Shown here in pieces: positions 40,399 through 49,183 of a stretch of DNA of 64,000 nt. The notes below the pieces were generated by a model that worked only from the letters and a program-made list of their open reading frames with translations, ran no database searches and was not told where the DNA came from. Source of the DNA: Candidatus Methylomirabilis sp. (GTDB lineage Bacteria; Muiribacteriota; Ozemobacteria; Ozemobacterales; Ozemobacteraceae); assembly GCA_020722725.1 (NCBI GenBank), contig DYKG01000007.1:1181-65180 (forward strand). The letters run 5' to 3'. Numbering within the stretch: position 1 is the first letter of the stretch; each line of letters opens with the position of its first letter. The translations under genes were made by a program, and so were the position numbers.

Positions 40399-41329
40399 TG
40401 ATGTCGGCCTTGATTGTCATCAGGTGTATTCTTCGCAGTCCGGGGCCGTCTTTTTCAGGGTCTTTCATGTTTGGTGCTTCAATGTTCCATTGAATCTCGA
40501 TAATCATGCGCTTGAGGCCACAATAACGAAATTTATTGTCTTTGGTGTAAGCTACCTCTGCTTTGGCCATACGCTGGGTGAGTCGGGTGGCGGTCGGGTC
40601 GACAAATCTTGGCGCGTCGACATGAACCCCGGCATAACCATCATCGAGATAGAAATTCTCATAATTTTCTGAAACTTTCTTGGGTAATTCGCTTTCAAAA
40701 CGGTATTCTTTGGCTTTCGGAAGCATACCTATCGGATTTGGCAGGTAGATTGTCTTGTGCCACGAAGGGCTTTGAAGCCTGGCAGGATTTTTCAAATAAG
40801 AAAAAGTCACCTCTCCGGTCGAAATTGCTGAAAATTCCTTAGGTGGTTTAACCGGGTATTCATTGCCGATTTTCATCATTGGGGGCTTCTCTTTGGCGGA
40901 TTCTTCAGGTGAAGCTATATCTTCAACACGCAGAGTGATTTTATAATGAATTCCCCGTGGGTCAGAAACCACGCACTGGCATGGATAGCCCGCCTCAGAT
41001 TCCACACTTCCGGGAAAAACGGTGTTAACGAACTTTTCTGCCCAGGCATCGTCGAATTTTTCGTAACCCTTTATGGCTGCAAGATCTTTAACTTTTATAT
41101 AGCCGGGAATGCCAGCCCTTAAAGCTTGAAATGGCACGTTGTCGAGCATTGCATTTAATATTTCTGAGGCCCGGGTGATGGCGAATATGCGCGAAACGTT
41201 TAAATCGGTTTCAGAAGCACCTTTGCTCATGAAAAAGAAGATCGGCGCCATGGTGGCGGCAAGAATGGCCATTGCCAGGATGATTTCGATCAGGCTGAAA
41301 CCGTAGCAGTTTTTAGATTTGGTTTTCAT
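40391..41329 (-). CDS. Type IV pilin / pseudopilin-like protein with a prepilin-type N-terminus.
   Basis: MKTKSKNCYG|FSLIEIILAMAILAATMAP: a Gly-Phe cleavage motif, Glu at +5 and a hydrophobic helix. Confidence 0.65.
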   Translation of the reverse strand: MKTKSKNCYGFSLIEIILAMAILAATMAPIFFFMSKGASETDLNVSRIFAITRASEILNAMLDNVPFQALRAGIPGYIKVKDLAAIKGYEKFDDAWAEKFVNTVFPGSVESEAGYPCQCVVSDPRGIHYKITLRVEDIASPEESAKEKPPMMKIGNEYPVKPPKEFSAISTGEVTFSYLKNPARLQSPSWHKTIYLPNPIGMLPKAKEYRFESELPKKVSENYENFYLDDGYAGVHVDAPRFVDPTATRLTQRMAKAEVAYTKDNKFRYCGLKRMIIEIQWNIEAPNMKDPEKDGPGLRRIHLMTIKADINV

Positions 41330-41420
41330 TAATGGTTTCTAAAGACTAGCAAAATTTGTTATTTCATGCAAATTATTGGTAACGACAACCGCGAAATAAT
41401 CGTATAATATTTAATGGCAA

Positions 41421-42599
41421 ATGTATGTTGGGGTATTGGCAATGAACAACGATAAGACTCTTTTCTCTCTAAAGCGCCGCCAGTTCATCCAGGGAACTGC
41501 AACTGCCGGTGTCTGCCTGGCACTTGGCCCGGCGCTGAAAATTTATGCTGAACAGGAAAGTGATCATCCCGCGGAATATGCAAAAAAACTTGATTCTGGC
41601 CAGTGGCAGTGCCAGCTGTGCCCAAATGGCTGTATGCCCGCCGAAGGTGAAAATGGTGCGTGCCGTGCCAGAGGCGTGAGAAATGGCCGGTATACCAGCC
41701 TGGTTTATGGCTTGCCCTGCGTTATCGCCATAGACCCAGTCGAAAAAATGCCGCTGTTTCATTATCATGTGAAAAGTCCGGCTCTCTCCATTTCCACTGC
41801 CGGTTGTAATCTTGCCTGTAAATATTGCCAGAACTGGCAGTTTTCCCAGAAAACCCCGGTTGAGACCTCGAATTTTCCCATGACACCAGATGATGTGGTG
41901 GTGCGTGCCCTGGATTTTCAAACACACACCATCGGTTTCTTTTACACTGAACCGGTTATTTATATTGAGTTCATGAAAGATGTGGCCCGCCTTGCCCGAA
42001 AAAACGGGCTGAAAACCGTAATGGTTACCGCCGGTTACATTAAGCCTGAGCCACTTAAAGACCTGATTGAACTTATCGATATCTTTGTCGTCGGTCTCAA
42101 AGGCTTTACCCAGGATTACTACACCGATGTAATCTCAGGTATGCTCGCCCCGGTGCAGCAGACGCTGATAACTCTCAAAAATTCAAAATGTCATTTCGAA
42201 GTAGTTTCGCTGCTGGTGCCGGGCAAGAATGACAGCGAAGAGCAGCTGAAACTCGGTGCCAGGTGGTTTCTGGATAATCTTGGGCCTGATGTGCCGTGGC
42301 ATTTTTCCAGGTTCGTGCCTGAGTTTCAGCTGAAAAACCTGCCGCCGACCCCCAATACTACCCTTGAAATGGCAAGAAATACGGCTCTGGCGGTGGGCAT
42401 TAAATATGTTTACACAGGTAACAACCCGGGTCAGGAAGGAAACCACACCTATTGCCCCGGTTGTGGCAAAAAAGTAGTCGAACGCCTGGGTTTTCAAGTG
42501 CTGAGAAGCCTTTTAAGTCGTGGAAAATGCCCCGACTGTGGCTATCAGCTTCCCGGCGTCTGGCTCGATGATCTGCCAACCGGCAATGTTGGCCTGTAA
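41421..42599 (+). CDS. COG1180 (PflA-like / AmmeMemoRadiSam-type) radical SAM enzyme with an N-terminal twin-arginine-signal-like sequence.
   Basis: N-terminus (second ATG at 41445) MNNDKTLFSLKRRQFIQGTATAGVCLALGPALKIYA, then WQCQLCPNGC...GCNLACKYCQN (CxxxCxxC) and a C-terminal CPGCG...CPDCG zinc-ribbon-like pair. Confidence 0.65.
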   Translation: MYVGVLAMNNDKTLFSLKRRQFIQGTATAGVCLALGPALKIYAEQESDHPAEYAKKLDSGQWQCQLCPNGCMPAEGENGACRARGVRNGRYTSLVYGLPCVIAIDPVEKMPLFHYHVKSPALSISTAGCNLACKYCQNWQFSQKTPVETSNFPMTPDDVVVRALDFQTHTIGFFYTEPVIYIEFMKDVARLARKNGLKTVMVTAGYIKPEPLKDLIELIDIFVVGLKGFTQDYYTDVISGMLAPVQQTLITLKNSKCHFEVVSLLVPGKNDSEEQLKLGARWFLDNLGPDVPWHFSRFVPEFQLKNLPPTPNTTLEMARNTALAVGIKYVYTGNNPGQEGNHTYCPGCGKKVVERLGFQVLRSLLSRGKCPDCGYQLPGVWLDDLPTGNVGL

Positions 42600-42614
42600 C
42601 CACAGGAGGAAAAA

Positions 42615-43790
42615 ATGAAAAAGCTTTTTTTATTGTTATTCATTCTTGCTACAGTCTCTCTATCCGCAGAGCCATACATAGACCAGATGGGCGACCTGGT
42701 CGAAGAAATATCACTGCTGAACGTTTTGCGAGGCATGTATCTAACCCGTGATCAGGCGCATAAAATTGCAAGGCTGACCGCTGAAGCCGAAAAAATCAGA
42801 AATGATGCGCTAAAAGAAATAAAAGCACTTGATTCAATTCAGCCCATGACCCGGCTTCGTGACGATCTCTACACGGCCCTTGCCGAAGACCCGCCAAAAA
42901 TTCGTGAAAAAGTTGTTGAGCTGGACGATGCTGCCCATGAAATTATCGGTCGGGCTCTTGACCAGATTGCCCGCATGGAAGAAGAGATAAAAAAGATTCT
43001 TTCGCCCGGTCAGCAGGACATTTTCTGGGAATTTATTCCCTGTATCGTTCCCGAAGTCGATTTCGAAAATCCGGTAAGAACCGGCCAGGCAGCTGCCAGC
43101 AGTCGTCTTATGCCGGCCCTGGAGCTGGTGCGCAACACTCCCGGCGACATGTGGGAGAAACATGGCCAGGCCTTTGTTGACCACGTGCTCAAAATTACCG
43201 AAAACGAAGCGGGGAAAATGACCGACGATGTGAGAGAAGACCTTCGTCGCCGCCTGGTTAAGCATTGCTGGAAAATCAGAAGCATGAAAGAAGCTGATTT
43301 CATGATCAATAAAAACAAGCTTGCCGAAGAGCTTCTGCTGGTTAACCGAGAGCACACCCAGCGCAGCGGCCATCGGGTTACCGGAAAGCTGGCACGTTTT
43401 TTTCTCTCCCCGGCTGCTGCAAGGGTGATGCCCAAATGGGTCGAAATACATTTCGGAAAAGATTCCAGGCCTGCACCTGAGCCAAAAATTGAAAAGGGTT
43501 GTATTGAAGTTGACCAGTCTGAGCCCAGGATCTGGCAAGTGCCAGAAAAAGTAACCGACAAAGACAAATATTTCTGGGAGCACCAGGTTCCTGAATCTCT
43601 TTCGCGTCTCAGAGAAACCCCATTCTGGGATCACGTGAACATGGCTTTTCCTAAAGCTTTTTCAAAATGTCTGTTTGATGAAAATGACCGCTACGTTGAT
43701 AAAGAGCTCTTGATCAATGAAGCGGCCATTGTGTTTCTCAAACGTGAGGGTAAACTCAAATTCTATAGTGAGACCCAGGGAGAGCCATGA
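42615..43790 (+). CDS. Secreted hypothetical protein.
   Basis: Signal peptide MKKLFLLLFILATVSLSA. The antisense ORFs in the track (42834..43634, 43010..43567) are judged spurious from their composition. Confidence 0.5.
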   Translation: MKKLFLLLFILATVSLSAEPYIDQMGDLVEEISLLNVLRGMYLTRDQAHKIARLTAEAEKIRNDALKEIKALDSIQPMTRLRDDLYTALAEDPPKIREKVVELDDAAHEIIGRALDQIARMEEEIKKILSPGQQDIFWEFIPCIVPEVDFENPVRTGQAAASSRLMPALELVRNTPGDMWEKHGQAFVDHVLKITENEAGKMTDDVREDLRRRLVKHCWKIRSMKEADFMINKNKLAEELLLVNREHTQRSGHRVTGKLARFFLSPAAARVMPKWVEIHFGKDSRPAPEPKIEKGCIEVDQSEPRIWQVPEKVTDKDKYFWEHQVPESLSRLRETPFWDHVNMAFPKAFSKCLFDENDRYVDKELLINEAAIVFLKREGKLKFYSETQGEP

Positions 43791-43801
43791 GGGCAATAGG
43801 C

Positions 43802-44815
43802 CTATTCCGTCGCTTTTACAATTGCTGCGCCGGTTTCAGTGCCGACCAGAACAATGCCTGGTTCTTGCAGAGCCATGCTGGTAACTCGATTGCCGGGCAA
43901 ACCCGATTCAGTTGTCAGCAATTCTGAAGAAGAATCAGCTTGCCATCGCTGAAGACCGTTTGAACTGCCTATCCAGATATTTTTGCCATCTTTAATCAGA
44001 TGCAGTGCCGGCAAAGCTTTAATTCCATCTTTCTTCTTCAGCATATTCCATTTTTTCCCATCGAAAACGGCAAGGCCGGTGTCGGTGCCAACCGCAATGG
44101 TTTCAGAGCCATATTCGCAGATGCTGTATGCAGCTCTTGCCGGAAATTCCGGGTACACCCAGGTGTCAACATTCAAATAATAATTTGAGGAAATTTCAGA
44201 CCTGAATCTGACGACGCCGTTATTGCAACCGACCCAGAGATGTGTCAACTGCATGAAAATGCAATGCAGTCGGTTATCAAATAAGTGCATGAATTTTTCG
44301 TTAATGAATTTTATCGGGATTGATTCAACCATTTTCGTGACCCCATGCACCTCGTGGCCGAACCATACGGTTTTGTCCTGATCAACGTGAATGCGTAGAA
44401 TTCTGTTGTTCAGAATTCCTTCGTTGTCAGGGTCTTTGTAAACATTCCAAATGCCATTGTCATAATGAAAGATTCCATATCCATTGCTGCTGTTTACCTG
44501 AGTAACCCAGATGGCGCCATCACAGATCCCTGCCGCCGAAATGTCGGCTGCTTCAATAAGCGGAGAATTTTTATGATCAAAGACTTCGATCCGTTTATCC
44601 GGGGTTGTCAAAACCAATTCATTATGAGTTGCCCAGACGTTTAAACCATTTTCTGAGGCAACCGCACATATTCGCCTGCCATTCAACAGAGGGTGTTCAA
44701 TTTTTTCTATTACCAGATTCTGCCCAAAGGTGGCAGAGCAAAACAACAGCAAAACAAACAAACATTTAATTAAAATTTTCATATCGGGCCATTCTTTAAG
44801 AGATGCCCCGGCCAC
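43802..44815 (-). CDS. Secreted beta-propeller protein with two-component-regulator-propeller (Reg_prop-like) repeats.
   Basis: Probable start at the internal MKILIKCLFVLLLFCSATFG (44782). Repeats of the G-x-W-x-G-T/S-x-x-G-L type (AIWVTQVNSSNGYGIF; TVWFGHEVHGV; LWVGCNNGVVRF; NIWIGSSNGLQRW). Confidence 0.55.
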   Translation of the reverse strand: MAGASLKEWPDMKILIKCLFVLLLFCSATFGQNLVIEKIEHPLLNGRRICAVASENGLNVWATHNELVLTTPDKRIEVFDHKNSPLIEAADISAAGICDGAIWVTQVNSSNGYGIFHYDNGIWNVYKDPDNEGILNNRILRIHVDQDKTVWFGHEVHGVTKMVESIPIKFINEKFMHLFDNRLHCIFMQLTHLWVGCNNGVVRFRSEISSNYYLNVDTWVYPEFPARAAYSICEYGSETIAVGTDTGLAVFDGKKWNMLKKKDGIKALPALHLIKDGKNIWIGSSNGLQRWQADSSSELLTTESGLPGNRVTSMALQEPGIVLVGTETGAAIVKATE

Positions 44816-44875
44816 CCAATCGGGCGCCGGGGCATAATAGAGCTGTTCAATCAGACAGATGCTTCTACGGGATTA

Positions 44876-47548
44876 TCAGCGTTCGTCAAGAGATCTGGTG
44901 TTGAAGCCTGCGGGAAGAACGTTGATGTTGAACTTCATTTCGCGAGGCTGGCCGGCTGAACCGTCTTTTGCACGGTCATAAGCCTTGACCTTGAACTGAT
45001 ACCATCCGGCTGCGCGGAAAATGTGATAAAATTGTACGGTCGGGTCAAATTCATTGAGTTCGAATTTGTTTTTGCCGGTGCCGTCTTTTACCACTTTGGC
45101 GTTGGCGATGATCTGGCCATCCTGTTCGTATTCGATCTGTTCAAAATTACCGGTCGGGTTCTGGTTTGCATCAAGAGCTTCAATTTCAACTTCGGTCTTG
45201 ACGATGCCCCTGAAAGGAGTCAGGCTGTCAATATTGTCGTAGGGCTTGATGACAAATTTCATGCGCTGATCTTCAACCGGAATCTTGTTCTTTTCAGGTC
45301 CTTCGGGATCGGTCGGAATCTTGGGAAGGTCTTCCCTGGTTCCGTCTGCTTTGATGATAAACCAGTCTTTGCTGGCCATATCGAAATCTTCGTTGACGCC
45401 CTCTTCGCCATAGTTCTTGATTGCGCCAGTTTTTACATCCCTGGCCGCAAGCTGTGAACCCGCATCAAGAGATTCAATCGGTGGAACCCCGATTTTGTGG
45501 GTGGTGCCATTGACCTGGTCTTCGATTTCGCAACCGATGAGAGGCTTGCTGAATTCGGCAACGTCTTCGACCTTAACCAGAGAGCCAGCGGGAGCTGCAT
45601 TGCCGCAGCAGTTCGATACTTCCTGGGTCATCAGACAATCAGGCGGCATGCTCTTGAGATCGTTGTAATAGTTGACCATTTCCTTGGTTTTCTTCCCGGG
45701 GGGGCAGTCAGTGCAGTGATCGTTCCATTCGATTGAATTGGTCGCGAAATGTCTGGGAAGAATGAAACGCTTGCCTGCAACTGTCCAGGAGCCTTTTTTA
45801 ACTTCGATCTGCTGGCCGGTTGCCGGGTCGGTTTTCATGACCTTTTCTTCAGTATGCTGGCTGGGTATGTTTTCAAGCGAAATCTTCGAAATGCCGCAGC
45901 GGCCGCTGTGGGCGCTGAAGCCAATATGGGCGAATCTGGTTGCCTGGCGGGTGCCTTCGGGTGAACTGCTGATAAAGGTTTTGAGTGCTTCAATTGATTG
46001 TTTGGCTTCAGCTGCTTCTTCGGTGGTTTTGCCGCTGAGTTCGTCAACCAGGTCGTTAAGAACGCTGAGCTGGCTGATGTCGCTCTTCTTCCAGGCTTCA
46101 TTAAGCTCATTCACCCTGGTTTCGCCGTCACCGTTCTGATACAGAACATAATAGACCATGCCTTTCTCCCAGGGCTGCAGAAACTTGGCTTCCCAACAGT
46201 TGGCATAGCGGTCGGCCATAAATTTATCAAGTTTTTCCTTGGGCTGATTTTTCCAGTAGGGGTGGTGGTCAACGTAATAGTCTTTTTCAAAGCTGGGGTT
46301 GCAAACGCCCACATATGGGCCGTAAGCGCCGTTTGATTTGAGGAAATAGAAGAATAATACTGGTTGCTGGCTCGGAGAACCATCATAGAAGGGGTTGGCC
46401 ATATGGTAAAGTTCGTCGGGGCTGAAGAAATAATCAAAATTTGACTCAATGGCCGGAGAAGTTGGCAGCAAGTCAGCATTTTCGTTTTCATAGCTGACTT
46501 TCATGTCTTTGCCATCGCTGTATCCAACATATTTGCCAACTACCCCCTGATATACCGTTCCTTTAGGATCAAGGAAATCCTGCGAAACTTCAGGATAAGA
46601 ATAGTCTTCAACATAGACCACATTATAATCGGTGAATTCTTTATAGTCTTTGCCATCAATGTTGATGCTAAGATTCCACGAGTTCTTGAGGGCTTCTGGA
46701 ACGGGCTTGGTGGTTTTTTCGGGACCGAATTTCACGAAGTCTGCATCGGCGGGAGCGGCAGCCATGTTGACCGTACCAGGAATTTCACCGGCCGGGTCGG
46801 CAGTGTCTTTTTCTTTTGCCGGGTAACCTGCACCTGATGGTGAGAGGCCTGTAACTTCTGCGCGTTCGTAGGTCATTATCATTCCAACCTGCTGCAGCAT
46901 AGTAGAGCCTGAAACCATTTTTGCGCCGGCAATGCCTGAATCGAAAGGCGCCGTATGGCGGTTAACAAACATCTTTTTGTCCCAGATGTCGGCTTCTGTG
47001 GCTGCACCATTGACAACATCTTCGAAATATTGACCATTGGCGTCTTTAAGGTTCAAAAATGGTGAATAAACTTCGCCGCCGGAAGTTCCGCCTTTGTTGC
47101 CTTCTGCCAGAACTTTTTTCTTTTCATCTGGTTTTTCAAAGGCCCAGTGATATTTCACATTGCGGTAAACGTAGAATTTTCCAGTGCCCTTATCTTTGAT
47201 TACGTAAGGAAATTTGTCTTTGGTCGGGCCGGTGTTGCGGTAAATCAAGGTTGCGTCAGTGATTTCATTGTTCTGAGTTTTGACAATCGGTTCTGGTTCA
47301 ACCAGGGGCATCCAGACTGCAATCTGGGCTTCAGGTTTGTCGTGATGCCCACTTACACGGCGAATGTCCATGCCGTCAGAAAGCAGGCCGCCTCCCATAA
47401 ATTCTGAATCGAACGGTTTGATTTTTGATTTGTAAAAGTAGCCTGACTCTTTGCCAGGTTCCACTTCCACCGCAGTCAGTTGGGCCGTGCTAAGGTACAG
47501 CAGCAGTCCCATCGCCAGTGCTGGTTTCTTTGCAATCTTGAAATCCAT
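44876..47548 (-). CDS. Large secreted hypothetical protein (890 aa) with a Cys-rich segment.
   Basis: Signal peptide MDFKIAKKPALAMGLLLYLSTAQLTA. Long uninterrupted ORF with a Cys cluster (CTDCPPG...DCLMTQEVSNCCGN). Confidence 0.5.
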   Translation of the reverse strand: MDFKIAKKPALAMGLLLYLSTAQLTAVEVEPGKESGYFYKSKIKPFDSEFMGGGLLSDGMDIRRVSGHHDKPEAQIAVWMPLVEPEPIVKTQNNEITDATLIYRNTGPTKDKFPYVIKDKGTGKFYVYRNVKYHWAFEKPDEKKKVLAEGNKGGTSGGEVYSPFLNLKDANGQYFEDVVNGAATEADIWDKKMFVNRHTAPFDSGIAGAKMVSGSTMLQQVGMIMTYERAEVTGLSPSGAGYPAKEKDTADPAGEIPGTVNMAAAPADADFVKFGPEKTTKPVPEALKNSWNLSINIDGKDYKEFTDYNVVYVEDYSYPEVSQDFLDPKGTVYQGVVGKYVGYSDGKDMKVSYENENADLLPTSPAIESNFDYFFSPDELYHMANPFYDGSPSQQPVLFFYFLKSNGAYGPYVGVCNPSFEKDYYVDHHPYWKNQPKEKLDKFMADRYANCWEAKFLQPWEKGMVYYVLYQNGDGETRVNELNEAWKKSDISQLSVLNDLVDELSGKTTEEAAEAKQSIEALKTFISSSPEGTRQATRFAHIGFSAHSGRCGISKISLENIPSQHTEEKVMKTDPATGQQIEVKKGSWTVAGKRFILPRHFATNSIEWNDHCTDCPPGKKTKEMVNYYNDLKSMPPDCLMTQEVSNCCGNAAPAGSLVKVEDVAEFSKPLIGCEIEDQVNGTTHKIGVPPIESLDAGSQLAARDVKTGAIKNYGEEGVNEDFDMASKDWFIIKADGTREDLPKIPTDPEGPEKNKIPVEDQRMKFVIKPYDNIDSLTPFRGIVKTEVEIEALDANQNPTGNFEQIEYEQDGQIIANAKVVKDGTGKNKFELNEFDPTVQFYHIFRAAGWYQFKVKAYDRAKDGSAGQPREMKFNINVLPAGFNTRSLDER

Positions 47549-47572
47549 ACTTCCTCCTGTAAAATCCGGAAT

Positions 47573-49183
47573 TTATTGCCTGAAATGACTTTGAATCAGA
47601 GAATCGAATTGAAACGATTCGCCAATTCTTTCTTCATTTTCATTCAACCATGTTTTAATCTCAGCCGTCTCTTTGAGATCGGTTTTCTTGTCGAGCGCTT
47701 CCTGAAAGTAATTATAAGCCAGTTTGTAGTTTGCCAGACTGCGGTAATTGTCGAGATAAGTCGGCCGGTTTTTCACCAGAACACTGCCAGGAAATGTTTT
47801 GTGGCCGTCTCCAGAATACAGTTGACCAAGTCTGACTCTGGCCCTGACCCCGGTTTCATCATCATACATCGCCAACCAGGTGTAAGCTTTTTTGGCGGCC
47901 AGAAGTTTTTCGTCAAGCTCAAGAAAGTTGGCCTTTAAAAATTCTACCCGTGGGTCGCCTTTGAAAATCTTTTCGCAGATCTCAAGGTGAACTGATGCCC
48001 GCGGGTCATTGCTTCGCACAAAAATTTCAAGCAGACCGAGATTAACTTCAAAATCCTGTTCATTTATGGAAAAAGCCGTATTGAACATCTGCAGAGCCGA
48101 ACCCAGATTGTCGTTTTTCAGATAAGCATTTCCCAGCGCTACCAGAGGCTTGAAGCTATCGGGCCAGATGTCTCTCGCGGTCGATAGTGTTGCAATGGCT
48201 TTTTCAAGCTGATTCATCGTTAAATAGCAATGACCAAGGCCAAGATAGGCGGGCATGTTATTTTTATCGAGCTTTATGGCTTTTTCAAACTTTTCAATGG
48301 CTGGTTTATACTTCTGTTCTTCAGTGTCTGCCTGGCCAGACAAAACAATCGCCTCAACATTTTTATCATCAGCTTTGAGAATGCCGTCAAGAATTTCGTT
48401 GGCTTTTTTCAGGTCAGGTTTGCTGGAAAAAATGTTGGCGCGGGCCTGGGCAGTCTTCTGAGCCGCCGACATCTTGTCGCCGCTGAGTTTTTCAAGCTCA
48501 GCATAAATTCTCTGGGCTTTTACGTAATAGTTGCCGCCAATCTGATCAAGAACGGCAGCCGTTTTCTCTAATAGTTCGATGCTGCCTTTTTCAGTTTCAC
48601 ATGCTTTTACGAACTGGTCGGCGGCGGCCTGTAGCTGGCCCTGCTCAAGATAGGCAGCGCCTTTTCGGTAAAATTCAGCTGCTTGCAGGTCTTTGACTGA
48701 AGCAAGCGAATAGGCACTGTTCACCGGTGTGTGGTCAATATTCTGCTGCTTTTCGTCAAGCTTGTCGGTGATTTCATCCGCCCTGACTTTTTCAGGGGCA
48801 TTGGGCTGAATTGCTGCTGAATTGGTATCTGCAGTCTGATTACCGTCTTCAACTTTTTTTTCTGGCTGCATCTGCTTTAGCTTTTTTGCCCGGTCAAGGG
48901 CTTTGGCTGAAAGCCCTTTGCGCCCAAGTTTATCGAGGGCAACCGAAAAATAATACCAAGCCTCAGCATGGCGCGGATGATTACGAATTTCGCTTTTCAT
49001 GCCGGTTAGAAGGTTATTCAGCATTTCTGCGGATTTTTTTGCATCGCCACTCTTCAAAGTGTTCTTTGCTTTGTCTATGAGATTGTCGATGCTTTCGCCA
49101 ATTCCAGATATGGCACAACAGAAAATGATTATGGTTATCAGAAAAAACTGCCTGGTTCGCATCATATTACTCCTCAGCCGCAT
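47573..49183 (-). CDS. Secreted TPR-repeat protein.
   Basis: Signal peptide (probable start at the internal MMRTRQFFLITIIIFCCAISG, 49165) and multiple TPR motifs. Confidence 0.6.
   Translation of the reverse strand: MRLRSNMMRTRQFFLITIIIFCCAISGIGESIDNLIDKAKNTLKSGDAKKSAEMLNNLLTGMKSEIRNHPRHAEAWYYFSVALDKLGRKGLSAKALDRAKKLKQMQPEKKVEDGNQTADTNSAAIQPNAPEKVRADEITDKLDEKQQNIDHTPVNSAYSLASVKDLQAAEFYRKGAAYLEQGQLQAAADQFVKACETEKGSIELLEKTAAVLDQIGGNYYVKAQRIYAELEKLSGDKMSAAQKTAQARANIFSSKPDLKKANEILDGILKADDKNVEAIVLSGQADTEEQKYKPAIEKFEKAIKLDKNNMPAYLGLGHCYLTMNQLEKAIATLSTARDIWPDSFKPLVALGNAYLKNDNLGSALQMFNTAFSINEQDFEVNLGLLEIFVRSNDPRASVHLEICEKIFKGDPRVEFLKANFLELDEKLLAAKKAYTWLAMYDDETGVRARVRLGQLYSGDGHKTFPGSVLVKNRPTYLDNYRSLANYKLAYNYFQEALDKKTDLKETAEIKTWLNENEERIGESFQFDSLIQSHFRQ

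Noticed and set aside
41330-41444. A possible RiPP precursor peptide upstream of the radical SAM gene.
   Set aside because: No small ORF with an SD and a Cys/Gly/Ser-rich core is visible in the 115-bp gap. The radical-SAM enzyme belongs to the PflA/AmrS clade (no SPASM domain) and not to a RiPP-maturase clade.
44798-44840. A 10-bp inverted repeat (ATGCCCCGGC...GCCGGGGCAT) between the 890-aa secreted gene and the propeller gene.
   Set aside because: It overlaps the probable start region of the downstream gene and has no U-tract. It could be a weak attenuator, but the evidence is insufficient to call it a feature.
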